From Candidatus Latescibacterota bacterium (GTDB taxonomy: Bacteria; Latescibacterota; UBA2968; UBA8231): DNA of 64,000 nucleotides. A model generated the notes under the pieces. The model was not told the origin of the DNA. It ran no database searches and saw nothing but the letters and a program-made list of their open reading frames with translations. The stretch lies in the NCBI GenBank assembly GCA_965223905.1, contig CBDCXV010000002.1, positions 32,001-96,000 of the forward strand. The letters are read 5' to 3'. Made by a program: the position numbers and the translations under genes. Below are positions 1 to 10,800 of the stretch, piece by piece (within the stretch, counting starts at the first letter, position 1; every line of letters begins with the position of its first letter).

Positions 1-3000
1 GAACGAGACCGCTCCGGCCCGGTCGTCCCCCGCCGCGTACTCGTACACCGCCCGCACCTGGAACCAGTACTCTTCCCCGTTCGCAAGGCCCGTTACCGGG
101 TGCGACGCCGTCGACGCCGTGCTGCCGGGCACGTCCTGCCAATCTCCCCAAGACCCGCGGCCTCTCTGTTGCCGATATTGCCACTCCTCGATGGTCTCCG
201 CGTTGCCCGGGTTGTCCCAGCTCAGCCTCACCTGACCTGTCCCCGCCTGCGCCCGCAACGGAATCACCGCCACCGAGTCCGACGCCTCCCCCGCCACCCC
301 GTCCGCGTTGACCGCTCGCACCCGGAACTGGTACGTCTTCGTCTTGTCCAGGTCACTCACCCTGTGCGTGCTCACGATCGACCGGCGGTCGTCCACCGCC
401 GCCACGCGGTTCGAAAAGGTCAGCGGACTCGACACCGGCTGACGAACCCCCCGAGAATCCGAGCTCGAACCCGACGTGCCCGAAGCCCCTTCACCGCCAA
501 GGACCCGGAATGCCTCGGTCCCGGCCTTGCCCTCAAGCTGAAACCCTTCAAATTGCGCCAGTTCAGTGGGAGAGATCCCGGAATCGACCAAGTCGTCGCA
601 GAAGGGGATGCAGCTTCCGACGATCTCAAATTCATCACCGGTCGTCGGTGTGCCGAACCCCAAAGTCCGAATCCCAAAGCCCCTGACCTTGGGCACTCCC
701 GGACTCACCCCGTTCTCTGGAAATACACCCGACCAGTCGCTGTCGCCGCGACTGTTGGTAGCCTGCAGTTGATAGCGATACTTCCGGGAGGGGCTCAGCC
801 CCTCGTGTGGAAAGCTCAGTCTACTGCCGATCTCGTTTCCGGTGGTTGTGGTAACAGGAAGCGGGCAGACATTCCACGACGACCAGCCCACAAGCGGAGT
901 CAATACCGGATTACTCTGGAACCGCAGCGTATACCTCGTCACCTTTGGATCAGCCGTTACTTTGTCCCAACTTACCAGAATCCGGCCCAATTGGGCGGTA
1001 GCATTACCGGTCGGTGCGTTCGGTATTGTGCCCCCCGGCGACGTATTGGACCGCTCATGAATGGTAACCGACGGCAGGCCCGCACTCCCCGTCGATCCTT
1101 CCGGGGATCCGGTCCGCACGCCTGCCGGCAGAGTTCCGAAGCCAAGGAACAGGTCCTCCTGCGTGACCTCAATCCCGTCGGTATTTGAATGGGCGGTAAG
1201 GGTGAAACGCCTGGAGTTGTCCCCAACGTCGAACCTCAGTGTGCTAGTACTGAGGGAATAGTCGGCGGACGTGGCGGACCCCGTCAGACCGGAATGAATC
1301 CCTTGGACCGGAATCGTAACCGCCCGGTCCGCAGGCGGAGTGAGACGGACGGTGACTTCCACGGTGTTTCCTTCGACCACGTCGTAGGTCTCCGCACTGT
1401 AGGAAACCTGCAGAAGTCCTACCTTCATGGCTTCCGCAGCCGCGCCCCCATCCCCGCCGTTTCCCACTACGGGCGTGTTGACGGCCCGCACCTGGAACTT
1501 GTGGAAAACACCGTGCGCGAGTTCCCTAACGGTATACTCGGTGTCAGAGGGTCCAGTGTCCGACATGCCGATCCAGTCCCCCCAAGCCCCGAGGGTTTCC
1601 ACACCTTCCTTGCGCCTGTACTGCCAACCGGTCATCATGGGGTCGTCCGCGACAGGCTGACCCCACCTCAGTGTCACTTGCCCATCACCTGGCTCGGCCG
1701 TAAGGCTGGTTGGAGGAAAGGAAGAAGGTCCATTGTCTCGAATCTGGGCATTGTCCAAGGGGGCGGTACCACCCGGCATGATACGAATCCCACCCCAAGC
1801 GTAATCGCCTTGCCAGGTAGTTCCCGATTTCTTACGGAATTGGATTTGAGTACCGGACTCAGTAGTCAGGGTTCCATAAACAAAAATTTCGGCGAGGTCA
1901 TTGTCGCCATGGCCATGAGCTGGAAATTTGTGGATATCTTCTTCTGGTTCGAATTCAATGACAGTCCCCGGTGTTACGGTCAGCGTTGCACCGGGAAAAA
2001 CCACAATGTCGCCTCGCAAAGAAACGGTACCACTCCAGGTAACGTCACCGACGATGGGAAAATGATGGAATTCTCCTTCCGGAACGTTATCTTTTGACCA
2101 GTCCTCATCTCTTGTGTCAATACTTCTCCACTTTGTGTAAAATGGACCACGTGGAGCATCATTATATGCATCAAAACAACGTTTTAAACGTTGGGAACCA
2201 AAAAGACGCATACACCCAAGACTTTCAAAATTTGCACCCGGTGAATCAACCATAGGAGTTCCCCAAAGAAGATCAGCCCCCAGCCAGCTCATTTCAGGTT
2301 CAAGTCCCATGTTATCAACCAGGGCTTGCCCCGAATTATTCACATTGGAAAAAGGATCAGGTAACATCACAAGTTTGTAGGATTCAGCAATATTCTGAAT
2401 TGGTCTGGATATTGTAGGGTGTAGAACAATTCCATGTGGGGTCAGATTCTCAGCACCCCCGGCACGGGTATATATTCCGGGTCTAGGCAAATTCGCATGA
2501 GATCCGGCACCGACATAAATGACAGGGTTAGCATTTCCGACGATAGATATGTAGTTTCGAAAATTTACCATAGAAGGATTGGTCGTAATTTCATCCCTAT
2601 CGTACACCAAACTATTACCATGAAATTTGAAATCCACCCCGTAAACCTCAGCTTCCTGCGGGTTACGGCTGGTCACCTTGACATTGATCTTGGCCCAGTC
2701 GCCCTCATGGTCATTTGTAAAGTCATTATATGGATAGAAGCAGAAATATTTAATGATGACAGATCCGTGATTATCCGCGGCATCGCGGGTAAATACACGG
2801 GCGTATACGGTATTCGGGAAATTTTTTCCTGCCTTGGGGCCAGATTCATACTCTCTATTCCAAGATTCCTTGTCTTCACCGGGGTAATCAAAAAAATGTG
2901 GGCTTACCCATTCTCCCCCTAACTCTGCTGGAAAATCCATATCTAAATAAGCAAATTTGTTGTCTGCAGCATTAACATTGGAAAACCCCTGACTTCCAAG

Positions 3001-3315
3001 CAAATTCTCAAGCTCCCTCCACTGGGCAGGAGTGCGTCCTTCTTGACTTAAGCTAGTCCCGTCTGCGGACCAAACGCTGAAGTATACATTCAATATCGAT
3101 TCTGCACCCATAATCTCAACTGGTTCAGGCCGGAGTACTTTGCGGCCAGGTCGAGTGGGGTTCTTTGTAAGCACGAGCACGGGAGCGAACTTGCTTGCAA
3201 GGGTCGAGTCACTTGCCGAGTTAGCTACAAAATCAGCGTATACTTGTACTTGGGACCACGGCTGAAAAAGTACCGCAAAAACTATGAAGACAACCCAAGC
3301 AGCACCCAATTTCAT
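1..3315 (-). CDS. Large secreted protein: Vps62/NPP1-like head + linker + FN3 repeats (runs off left edge; absent from ORF track)
   Basis: Hand translation from ATG 3315 (AGGAGG upstream): signal peptide MKLGAAWVVFIVFAVLFQPW, then ...IKYFCFYPYNDFTNDHEGDWAKINV...NPVIYVGAGSHAN..., TWSGTVSLRGDIVV, FN3-type LTAEPGDGQVTLRW; still in frame at nt 1-60 (QVRAVYEY). Confidence 0.85.
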   Translation of the reverse strand, partial: MKLGAAWVVFIVFAVLFQPWSQVQVYADFVANSASDSTLASKFAPVLVLTKNPTRPGRKVLRPEPVEIMGAESILNVYFSVWSADGTSLSQEGRTPAQWRELENLLGSQGFSNVNAADNKFAYLDMDFPAELGGEWVSPHFFDYPGEDKESWNREYESGPKAGKNFPNTVYARVFTRDAADNHGSVIIKYFCFYPYNDFTNDHEGDWAKINVKVTSRNPQEAEVYGVDFKFHGNSLVYDRDEITTNPSMVNFRNYISIVGNANPVIYVGAGSHANLPRPGIYTRAGGAENLTPHGIVLHPTISRPIQNIAESYKLVMLPDPFSNVNNSGQALVDNMGLEPEMSWLGADLLWGTPMVDSPGANFESLGCMRLFGSQRLKRCFDAYNDAPRGPFYTKWRSIDTRDEDWSKDNVPEGEFHHFPIVGDVTWSGTVSLRGDIVVFPGATLTVTPGTVIEFEPEEDIHKFPAHGHGDNDLAEIFVYGTLTTESGTQIQFRKKSGTTWQGDYAWGGIRIMPGGTAPLDNAQIRDNGPSSFPPTSLTAEPGDGQVTLRWGQPVADDPMMTGWQYRRKEGVETLGAWGDWIGMSDTGPSDTEYTVRELAHGVFHKFQVRAVNTPVVGNGGDGGAAAEAMKVGLLQVSYSAETYDVVEGNTVEVTVRLTPPADRAVTIPVQGIHSGLTGSATSADYSLSTSTLRFDVGDNSRRFTLTAHSNTDGIEVTQEDLFLGFGTLPAGVRTGSPEGSTGSAGLPSVTIHERSNTSPGGTIPNAPTGNATAQLGRILVSWDKVTADPKVTRYTLRFQSNPVLTPLVGWSSWNVCPLPVTTTTGNEIGSRLSFPHEGLSPSRKYRYQLQATNSRGDSDWSGVFPENGVSPGVPKVRGFGIRTLGFGTPTTGDEFEIVGSCIPFCDDLVDSGISPTELAQFEGFQLEGKAGTEAFRVLGGEGASGTSGSSSDSRGVRQPVSSPLTFSNRVAAVDDRRSIVSTHRVSDLDKTKTYQFRVRAVNADGVAGEASDSVAVIPLRAQAGTGQVRLSWDNPGNAETIEEWQYRQQRGRGSWGDWQDVPGSTASTASHPVTGLANGEEYWFQVRAVYEYAAGDDRAGAVSF

Positions 3316-3333
3316 TTCTCCCATCCTCCTTTG

Positions 3334-4362
3334 CTAACGGATTTCCCGATCCAAGTAGACATTTGCTTCGATCAGCGCACTACCGACTATTGCGTACGTT
3401 GCAAGACCAAGTCCTATTTCAACACCCAGATTCAACTTTTCGGGCATTGGGATCGAAAATCCTGCTCCCAATCGTACATACTCAAAAAAAGGGTTAGCCT
3501 CGCTAGCCATTTGCAGCAACGAGGCATAACGATAATCTTCCTGGCTCCTTCCTACCAAGCGGGACCTTCGACGTTCTCCCGCGGCGGTACCTAACCATAT
3601 CCCTCCAACTCCACCATAGAAGAATGTACGAGGAATTATAGTATGTATGTACCCCGTCAGATCTGCGCCTGCCCATGACAAAAAACCGCCTTGTTGCTCC
3701 TCCGTGCCTATCGAAAAATTGACCTTAAAATCCAGGTTTAAATCGCGAACGCGTTTTGCAAAAAAAGAAACTCCCCTGTAGGAATACAAACAGTTTAAAT
3801 AGCGGCAATTTCCAGGTATGTCAAATGAGATCCGGCGCGCCGAAATGCCCAGATGCCAGAAATTCTTTTTTGAACTTCTCAATTGATTAATCTGTTGATT
3901 TTCAACATCAAAAGCGCAGTCGCCTGGGTCCACTATCGGGATGGAAGCCGCAGCGGCCTCCGTCTCGACCGCCACATCGGGCCGCCTACTTTCCCGGTCC
4001 GCCGATGTCGGGGGATGTGCGCCCACCAGGACCAGCGTTTGGATACACTGGAGGGTAATTCGCCACAGCCGACCATCTCGTCCCAAGGCAAGGGTCAACG
4101 TCTTCTCATCGACCGATTTAATGTAGCCTCTACTCGTAACCAGCGGTCCCCACTCCCCCGATACCGAGTGGGGCATTTCTCGCCCATGGATTATCACGGC
4201 AAAGGCACCCACCGGCACCGTGCTGATATCGATCTCTTCGGTTTCCAGAATCAACCCTTCCTGTGCCGCCTCGGCCGGATTACTGGCTGCGCCCGCATGT
4301 CCACGTTCAACCGTTGGAAGAACCAAATATACCGTGACAAGAAATCGAAAAGCTGTTTTCAT
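3334..4362 (-). CDS. Exported/outer-membrane hypothetical protein; N-domain shared with 5956..6975
   Basis: ORF 3334..4371, signal peptide MKTAFRFL; STVPVGAFAVIIHG...SGEW..LVT.RGYI block shared with the 339-aa ORF; beta-strand-rich C-half. Confidence 0.75.
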   Translation of the reverse strand: MKTAFRFLVTVYLVLPTVERGHAGAASNPAEAAQEGLILETEEIDISTVPVGAFAVIIHGREMPHSVSGEWGPLVTSRGYIKSVDEKTLTLALGRDGRLWRITLQCIQTLVLVGAHPPTSADRESRRPDVAVETEAAAASIPIVDPGDCAFDVENQQINQLRSSKKNFWHLGISARRISFDIPGNCRYLNCLYSYRGVSFFAKRVRDLNLDFKVNFSIGTEEQQGGFLSWAGADLTGYIHTIIPRTFFYGGVGGIWLGTAAGERRRSRLVGRSQEDYRYASLLQMASEANPFFEYVRLGAGFSIPMPEKLNLGVEIGLGLATYAIVGSALIEANVYLDREIR

Positions 4363-4379
4363 AATCTCCATCTCCCTTT

Positions 4380-5934
4380 CTCAAGAACCGGGCAGGGCCG
4401 TCACCGTCATCTCGTGGGTCGTGTCCGCGGAGACGAAAGACCGTTGTCGGTCGCCTTCACCGTCACCTCGTAGACATTGTCGCCGCCGGCCTCCCCCGAG
4501 GACTCGTAGTGCTGTCGATCTCTCCTGTTCCAAGTATCACCCCGACCCTTGAGTCGGCTTTGTATCTGGTCGTCCGCGCCTCCGGCCACGCCCCCCCGGC
4601 CAGCGGTTTGCTCTGCCCCTGCAGATCGTAGCCGCTGACCGCCTGCTTGATAGCTCACCCTCACCCGCAGCTTCTGCCCGACGTCGGCCGTTCCCGGCGT
4701 GTACCTCGCCGCCGTCGAGTCGTTAATCGCCGCCCACGAAGCCGTCACCTCGGCCCACCGCTGCCACCGCCACCCCTCGGGATTCACCCTCACGTCGCCG
4801 TCCGGATCTCTCAGCTCGGCCCTCAGCGCCTGGCCTACCTCCGGGGACGCCGGCGATATGGTCACCGTGCCCGGCTCGTCCTTGGTGGTCACCGGTCACG
4901 GCCACCGGATACCGGGCCGAGTGGTACACGCCTCCGAAACTGGCCCGCAGGTCCACGTCGTAGACGCGGTTGCCGCCCTCGTCCAGGGACTGCTCGTAGT
5001 CGGGCCCGCGGATGAATTCGAGGGTGTTGCCATTCATCCGGAACCGGGTCGCATCCGGGCCGGTCAGGGTCCAGGTGACCGGCGACACCGGGCCGTCCCA
5101 CGGGTCGGTGGCCCGGTAGGTCGCCACCGACTCGCCCCCCTCCTCGACGGCGCCGACCCTCTCCCCGACCGAGACGCTCGCGGGCCCGACCACCTTCAGG
5201 GTCGCGTCCAGAAGGGTCACCGTGGCCGTGGCATGGGCGCCGCGGCCGATGCCGTCCGGCAGATCCTTGAACCCCAGCAGCACCGTCTCGTCCTCGCTGT
5301 CCGCATCCGAGCGGGCCACGATCTTGAACGAGTCCGAGGCGGCCGTGGACGTGAAGGACAGGGTGCTGTCCGACGCCAGGTCCACCGTGGCGAAGTCGCC
5401 GGCCTCGGTGGTCGCGCCCGCTCGCACCGTCACTTTCACCTTCACGGCCCCCGCCGCTTCTTCCGGCGCCGGCGACAGGGTCACCCGCACCGTCGCCGTG
5501 TCGCCGTCTTCCCTCGCCACGTACGACGAGGCGCTGTAGGAGACGGTCCGCACCGGCCGAGCCCGCACCGGCCCGAGGGCCGCGCTCGCGGCCGGCTTGC
5601 GGTCGGTCGGTCCCGAACTCTCCCCGTCGATATAAGTCACCGTCGCCCGCAGATACTGACCGGCATCGGTGTCTCCGGGCAGGAACCGCGACAACGTCGA
5701 ATCCTCAATCTCCGTCCACACGGTCACCCCCGGAGCCCGGCGCTCCTACTGCCACAGCGTGTCCGACACGCCCCCGTCCGGGTCGGTCAGCGTCGCCTGC
5801 AACCGCGTGCCCACCTGCGCGCTCGACGGCGACACGCTCACCACCGTCGCGCCCGCCGGCGGGTTCGGACGCTGGTTGGGCGGCGGCACCAGGATCACCG
5901 GCGGCACGTCCTCCAGCGTCACCTGAGCGCTCAC
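4380..5934 (-). pseudogene. Headless, decayed Calx-beta/cadherin/FN3 stalk remnant
   Basis: No signal peptide; in-frame TAG at 5746-5748 (WQ*ERR); frameshift at ~4893 (VAVT/VTTKDEPGTVT); fragments of PDYE, NVYEVTVKATD and AVSGYD motifs at the 3' end. Confidence 0.8.
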
Positions 5935-5955
5935 CGGCCGTTTGTCCGCCCCAAT

Positions 5956-6975
5956 TCAGAATCGTAGCTTGGCGACCGCAGATAAGTGCCCCCTGGGGCT
6001 CGGCCCCAGACCTACTGAAAGTCGGCGGGACTCAAGAGGCTCCCGCAACAGTTCCGACGCAATCGTCGCCCCAACAAGAGGACCGACGAACCAGTTCCAT
6101 ATTACATCCCATTGTCCATACGCTCGAAACTGATAGACTCTTTTTCTTGGAATGTAGAGGCTTGCAGCACACCCTACCAGACTGCCCGCTAATGAAAGGA
6201 TAAATCGATCGCATGGATCAACCCAACTTACGCCAATCGCAGCCCCTATCGGATAGCCGAAAAACACGATGCCGTCAATAAAGAGCACTGCACCAACACC
6301 CTCTGCGGCACCGGTCCCAGTCAAAATAATCCCGAGAGCATAATTAGGAACTATGCCCGCAAGAGCACCGGCAGCTAATTTCTTGACAATTCTTCTGCCG
6401 CGTCCCATGTCCTTACCTTTCGCCGTTCTCCCGGAAAGACTATCCGGCGTCTCTCGGAAATCGCCCGCGGCGCGCCCAGAATCCGCGTTGCCCCAGTCTG
6501 CTACCGCCTTAATTTCCCCATTGCCCTGCGTACTGTCCTGGTTTGCCAATCCCTGGGAAAACGATCCGACCTTGCGGGCAATTCGTCCCGTCGGATTCGT
6601 ACTGTCCCACACCCCTGCTCTCAGGTAAGCCGCTCCTACCAGAACCAAAGTCTGAATGCGGTCCAAGACGATAGGTTCCGGCCAACCCTCTCTTCCCCGG
6701 GCCAGGATCATCTTCTCCGTATCAACTGCTTGAATGTAGCCTCGAGCCGTAACCAGTTGTTCCCACTCCCCCGAAACCGGGTGCCGGTCCCCCTGTCCAT
6801 GGATAATCACGGCAAAGGCGCCCACTGGCACCGTGCTGCTGTCGATCCCGCCAGCTTCCAGAATCACCCCTTCCAGTGGAGCCTCGGCTGTATCACTGGC
6901 TGACTCCGCGGGCGAAAGTTTAACCATTGAGAGAAGCGAAATAGCTATGAGAAGGAATCGAAAAGCTGTGCCCAT
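5956..6975 (-). CDS. Exported protein with Gly-rich hydrophobic C-domain ending in amphipathic strands and terminal Phe
   Basis: 339-aa ORF, signal peptide; N-domain like 3334..4362; C-domain (VDP.D...SE..R.P...L...P.P.G.L...A.L.F) like 29964..30821. Confidence 0.8.
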   Translation of the reverse strand: MGTAFRFLLIAISLLSMVKLSPAESASDTAEAPLEGVILEAGGIDSSTVPVGAFAVIIHGQGDRHPVSGEWEQLVTARGYIQAVDTEKMILARGREGWPEPIVLDRIQTLVLVGAAYLRAGVWDSTNPTGRIARKVGSFSQGLANQDSTQGNGEIKAVADWGNADSGRAAGDFRETPDSLSGRTAKGKDMGRGRRIVKKLAAGALAGIVPNYALGIILTGTGAAEGVGAVLFIDGIVFFGYPIGAAIGVSWVDPCDRFILSLAGSLVGCAASLYIPRKRVYQFRAYGQWDVIWNWFVGPLVGATIASELLREPLESRRLSVGLGPSPRGHLSAVAKLRF

Positions 6976-7008
6976 ATCTCCATCTCCTTGTTTTGCCAGG
7001 ACGGGTTA

Positions 7009-7855
7009 TTATGATCGAGCCCGAAAGCGAAACGGCTCAAATCCCGTGGGCGCTGGTGTGTCCGCGAAACGCCAATTTTCGGCAAACCGGCTGTCGACGT
7101 CGACCAGGCTCACCGCGGCCCTCACCGGCGTTCCGGCAATCACTCCCTCCGGAAGCGCCCCGAACCCCAACGTCACCTCCTCGTCGGCCCGGTCCGTATC
7201 CTCGGTCGCCGTTGATGGAATTCCTCGGACCGGGCCCGGCTCGAAGAGACGTCTTCCCACCTCTTCGTACCGCTCAACCGGCGCTGCCACTGCCACCGGA
7301 GGTCGGTCACGCCCCCATCCGGTTCATCGAGCGCGCTCCCCAACGGATGACCCACCACTGGCGCAGTCGTAGACAAGGTCACAGTGCCCTCTTCGTCCAC
7401 GTCGGTGACTTTCACTGTAACCAAATAGGGAATTGTTAATTCGCCAACATCAGCTTGCACTATTGCGCAATAAGAATTGCGAGAAGGAAGAGGCAGGCTA
7501 GCCGAATAACCATTAGCAGTTGGATTCTCATAATCCGGAGAGGAAACGAAACGAAGAACGCCCTCACTGGAAATGACAAAATCCTCTGGGTCGTTGTTGA
7601 ATTCTGTGCTTTGACCCAAAGACCAAGTAACTGTCTGGCCTCCTGCTCCTGTGACTGAGTATTCGGCAACATCCTTTTTGTCGTTTTCCGGAAATCGAAT
7701 TTCATAAAGCCCAACGACATTTGGACCCGTAACCTCCTCAGTCCAATCAGATTCTGCATCATTATCGGCGCCAAAATTGTCTATGTAAAATGCCTTTGCC
7801 CTGATTTTTTTACCTATATCTGCGCCGGTGGGTACATACGTCGAACCAGTTTCAC
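7009..7855 (-). pseudogene. Headless cadherin-like/Calx-beta stalk fragments, out of frame with the upstream gene
   Basis: Frame of 7173..7619 extends upstream without a start (TGSTYVPTGADIGKKIRAKAFYIDNFG...GVLRFVSSPDYENP...VTDVDEEGTVTLS); second fragment DEEVTLGFGALPEG in another frame. Confidence 0.75.
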
Positions 7856-10800
7856 CGTCACCGTCACATCTAGCAGCGAAGAGTCCGCCGGCGTGCCGGT
7901 GTCCTTGACCTTCACCGTCACCTGGTAGACGTTGTCGGTCCCGTCATCGCCCGGCGATTCGAAGTTGGGGGCGGTGGCGAAGCGCAGTCCCCGGCCCGGG
8001 CCCGAGCCGGACAGCCTGAAGTCGCTCGCATCGTCCCCCGTCAGCGACCACGCGATGCTGTGGCCGTCCGGATCCAAGGCGGAGTAGGCGCCTACGGCCC
8101 CGGTGCCGTTCTCGTCGAACGATGGCGAGTCTGGGCCCGAAAGCACCGGCACCCGATTGGGTTGGCGAGGGGTTGCGGTGGCGTCGGCGGCCGGCCCTTC
8201 CCCGACCTCGTTGACCGCCCGCACCTGGAAAGCGTACGGGGTGCCGTTTCTCAGACTCGACACCGTGGCGCTGGTAGCCGTGCCCACCTCGGTCCAGGTG
8301 TCGTCGTTGGGCCAACTGGCCGAACTGCGGCGGTGCCGATGTTCGTATCGGCTGATCGCCGAGCCGCCGGTCGAAGACGGCGCGGACCAACTCAGCGACA
8401 CCTGTCCGTTGCCGGGCGTCGCCTGAAAGTCCCCCGGCGCCTCCGGCACCCCCACCACCGGGTCGCTCTTGACGCTGGCCGCCTGCTTGCCCGGCCCGTG
8501 CGCGTCGTCGTACCTGGCCCGAGCCCGCAGTTGCTTGCCGATCAGCCCACGCCCGAGCCGGATGGTCTTCGACGTCCCGAGCTGCTCATCCACCGCCCCC
8601 GAGGCCCCACCCGGCGGCGCCGGCGTGCTGGAAAACCAGGTCCACCGCACGTTCTCCTCCCCCCCGTCCGGGTCGCTCAGCGTCGCCGTCAGGTCCTGGC
8701 CCACCCGGGGCGCCATCGGCGACAGGGTCACCGTACCCTCCTCGTCGACGTTGGTCACCGTCACCGTCACCGGAAGCCGCAAAACAGGCGCACCCGACTC
8801 CCTGGCCTCCACCGTCACCCGGTAGACGTTGTCGGTGTCCGCATCGACCGGCGATTCGAAGTTGGGAGCCGTGCCGAAACCCAGGACACCGGACGACGAC
8901 AGGGTAAAGGCCCCCGCGTCGACGCCTGACCGCGTCCAGGTTCGGCCGGCAACCGACGGGTAGGAAACCGCCGCGCCGGTGCCGTTTTCCTCAAACCAGA
9001 TCCCGGTGGCCCGGTTCGACGCCACCCCGTCGCCCACCCCGTTGAGCGCCCGCACCTCGAACGTGTACGCGCCGGGGCTCAGCCCCGTCAGCGCATGCGA
9101 GGTCGTGGTCGCATCGCTGCCTGACACCGCCCCCCAGGGGGCCCAGGAAGCGCCCCCGTCCGTGCTCTGGCGATACTGATACCCCCTCAGCGCCGAGCCG
9201 TTGTCGGCCGCCGTCTCCCAGCTCAGGCGCATCTGCCTGTCGCCGTCGCCGGGCGCCGCCCTCAGGTTCCCAGGAGCAGCAGCCACCCCCGCCGGGGTCA
9301 CCGCCGTCGTCGCCTCCGAGGGCGCCCCTTGCCCGGCCGCGTTGAGCGCCCGCACCCGGAACGTGTACCTCCGGCCGTTGGTCAGATTCGGCACCGTATG
9401 GACGCGCGTGCTCGCCCCGCTGCCCGACATCGTCTGCCAAGACGCCCAGGTCGTGTCCGGGCCGACGACCGTGCCTGACCGGTACTGCCACCCCGTAAGG
9501 TGGGCGTGATCCGGTCCCGTCCAGGCCAACCGCACCTGCCGGTCGCCCCGCGTCGCCGTCACACCGGTCGCCGGACCCGGCTGCGGCTGCACCCCCGCCT
9601 CCCCCGGCAGCGGCCCCGACCAGGCGCCGGCCTCTTGCCCCCGGCGCGCCCGCACCCGATACCGATACACCCGGTCCGGGTCCAGGGTGGGGTGGACGTG
9701 CGCGCGACGGGCGCCCTCGACCGTGCCCGCCCCGTTGTCCAGCAGGCTCGTCCACGACTCCGGCCAAGTCCCTCCTGACACCGGTTTGCTCTGCCAGTGC
9801 ACGTCGTAGCCGCTGACCGCCGGACTCGCCGACACCGGGGGCCACGACACCCGCGCCTGCGCCCAGCCCGAAACCGCCAACCCGCCCTCCGGACCCGGCA
9901 GCAGGCCCTCGGTCGGCGGCGGCGGCCGGGCCGGCGTCACCGCCCCGGTGGGGGCGCTCTGCGCCCGCTTGCCCGGACCGTGACCGTCCCGGTAGCTCAC
10001 CCGCGCCCGCAGCATGTGACCGACATCCGCCGCCGTGGGCGTGTAGCTCTTCAGCCCCGGCAAAGTGGACACCGCCCCCGAAGCCCCACCCGGCGACGGG
10101 ATGGGCTGCCACGGCCCGTTGCCGAGCCGACGCTCAAACACCCACCCGTCGCGGTCCGCATCGTCGGAATCCCCCTCCTCGTGCCTCGCACTCACATTCC
10201 CATCCGGGTCGGTCAGGGCCGCGGTAAACGCCAGACCCTCCTGAGGACTCGAGGGCAGGGTCACCGTGCCCGGCTCGTCGACGTTGGTCAGACTCACCCT
10301 GACCGGAAACGGGGGCGACGACAGCGACCCGTCGCCGGCCGTCACCGTCACCTCAAAGACGGTGTCGTCGTTCGCGTCCCCCGGAGATTCGAAATCCGGC
10401 GGCGGCGCCCGGAAACGCAGCCGACCCGACGCATCGATTTCCATCGTGTCCGCATCGGCGCCTCCCAGCGTCCACGTGATGGAGTTTCCTTCCGGGTCGG
10501 TGGCCGCATACGTGGCCACCACGCCGGCGCGGTTCTCGGCAAAGGAAGGGGCGGGAGGACCGCTGGTGATCTCGGGCGCCTCGTTGACGCCGGTCACCGT
10601 CACCCGCACCGTCACCGTGGTGTCGGCCGTCGCGTCCGGGCGGCCGTCGCTGAGCGACACGTCCACCTCGTAGACGTGGTCGCCGTTCGCGTCCCCCGGA
10701 GACTCGAAATCCGGCGGGGGCGCCCGGAACCGCAGCCGACCCGACGCATCGAGACGCATCGTGTCCGCATCGGCGCCTCCCAGCGACCACGTGAGCACAT

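Noticed and set aside
5746-5748. TAG at expected Trp positions (also ~29690) as stop-codon recoding
   Set aside because: Both lie in remnants with other lesions, and TAG terminates intact genes elsewhere (for example 46848, 47781)
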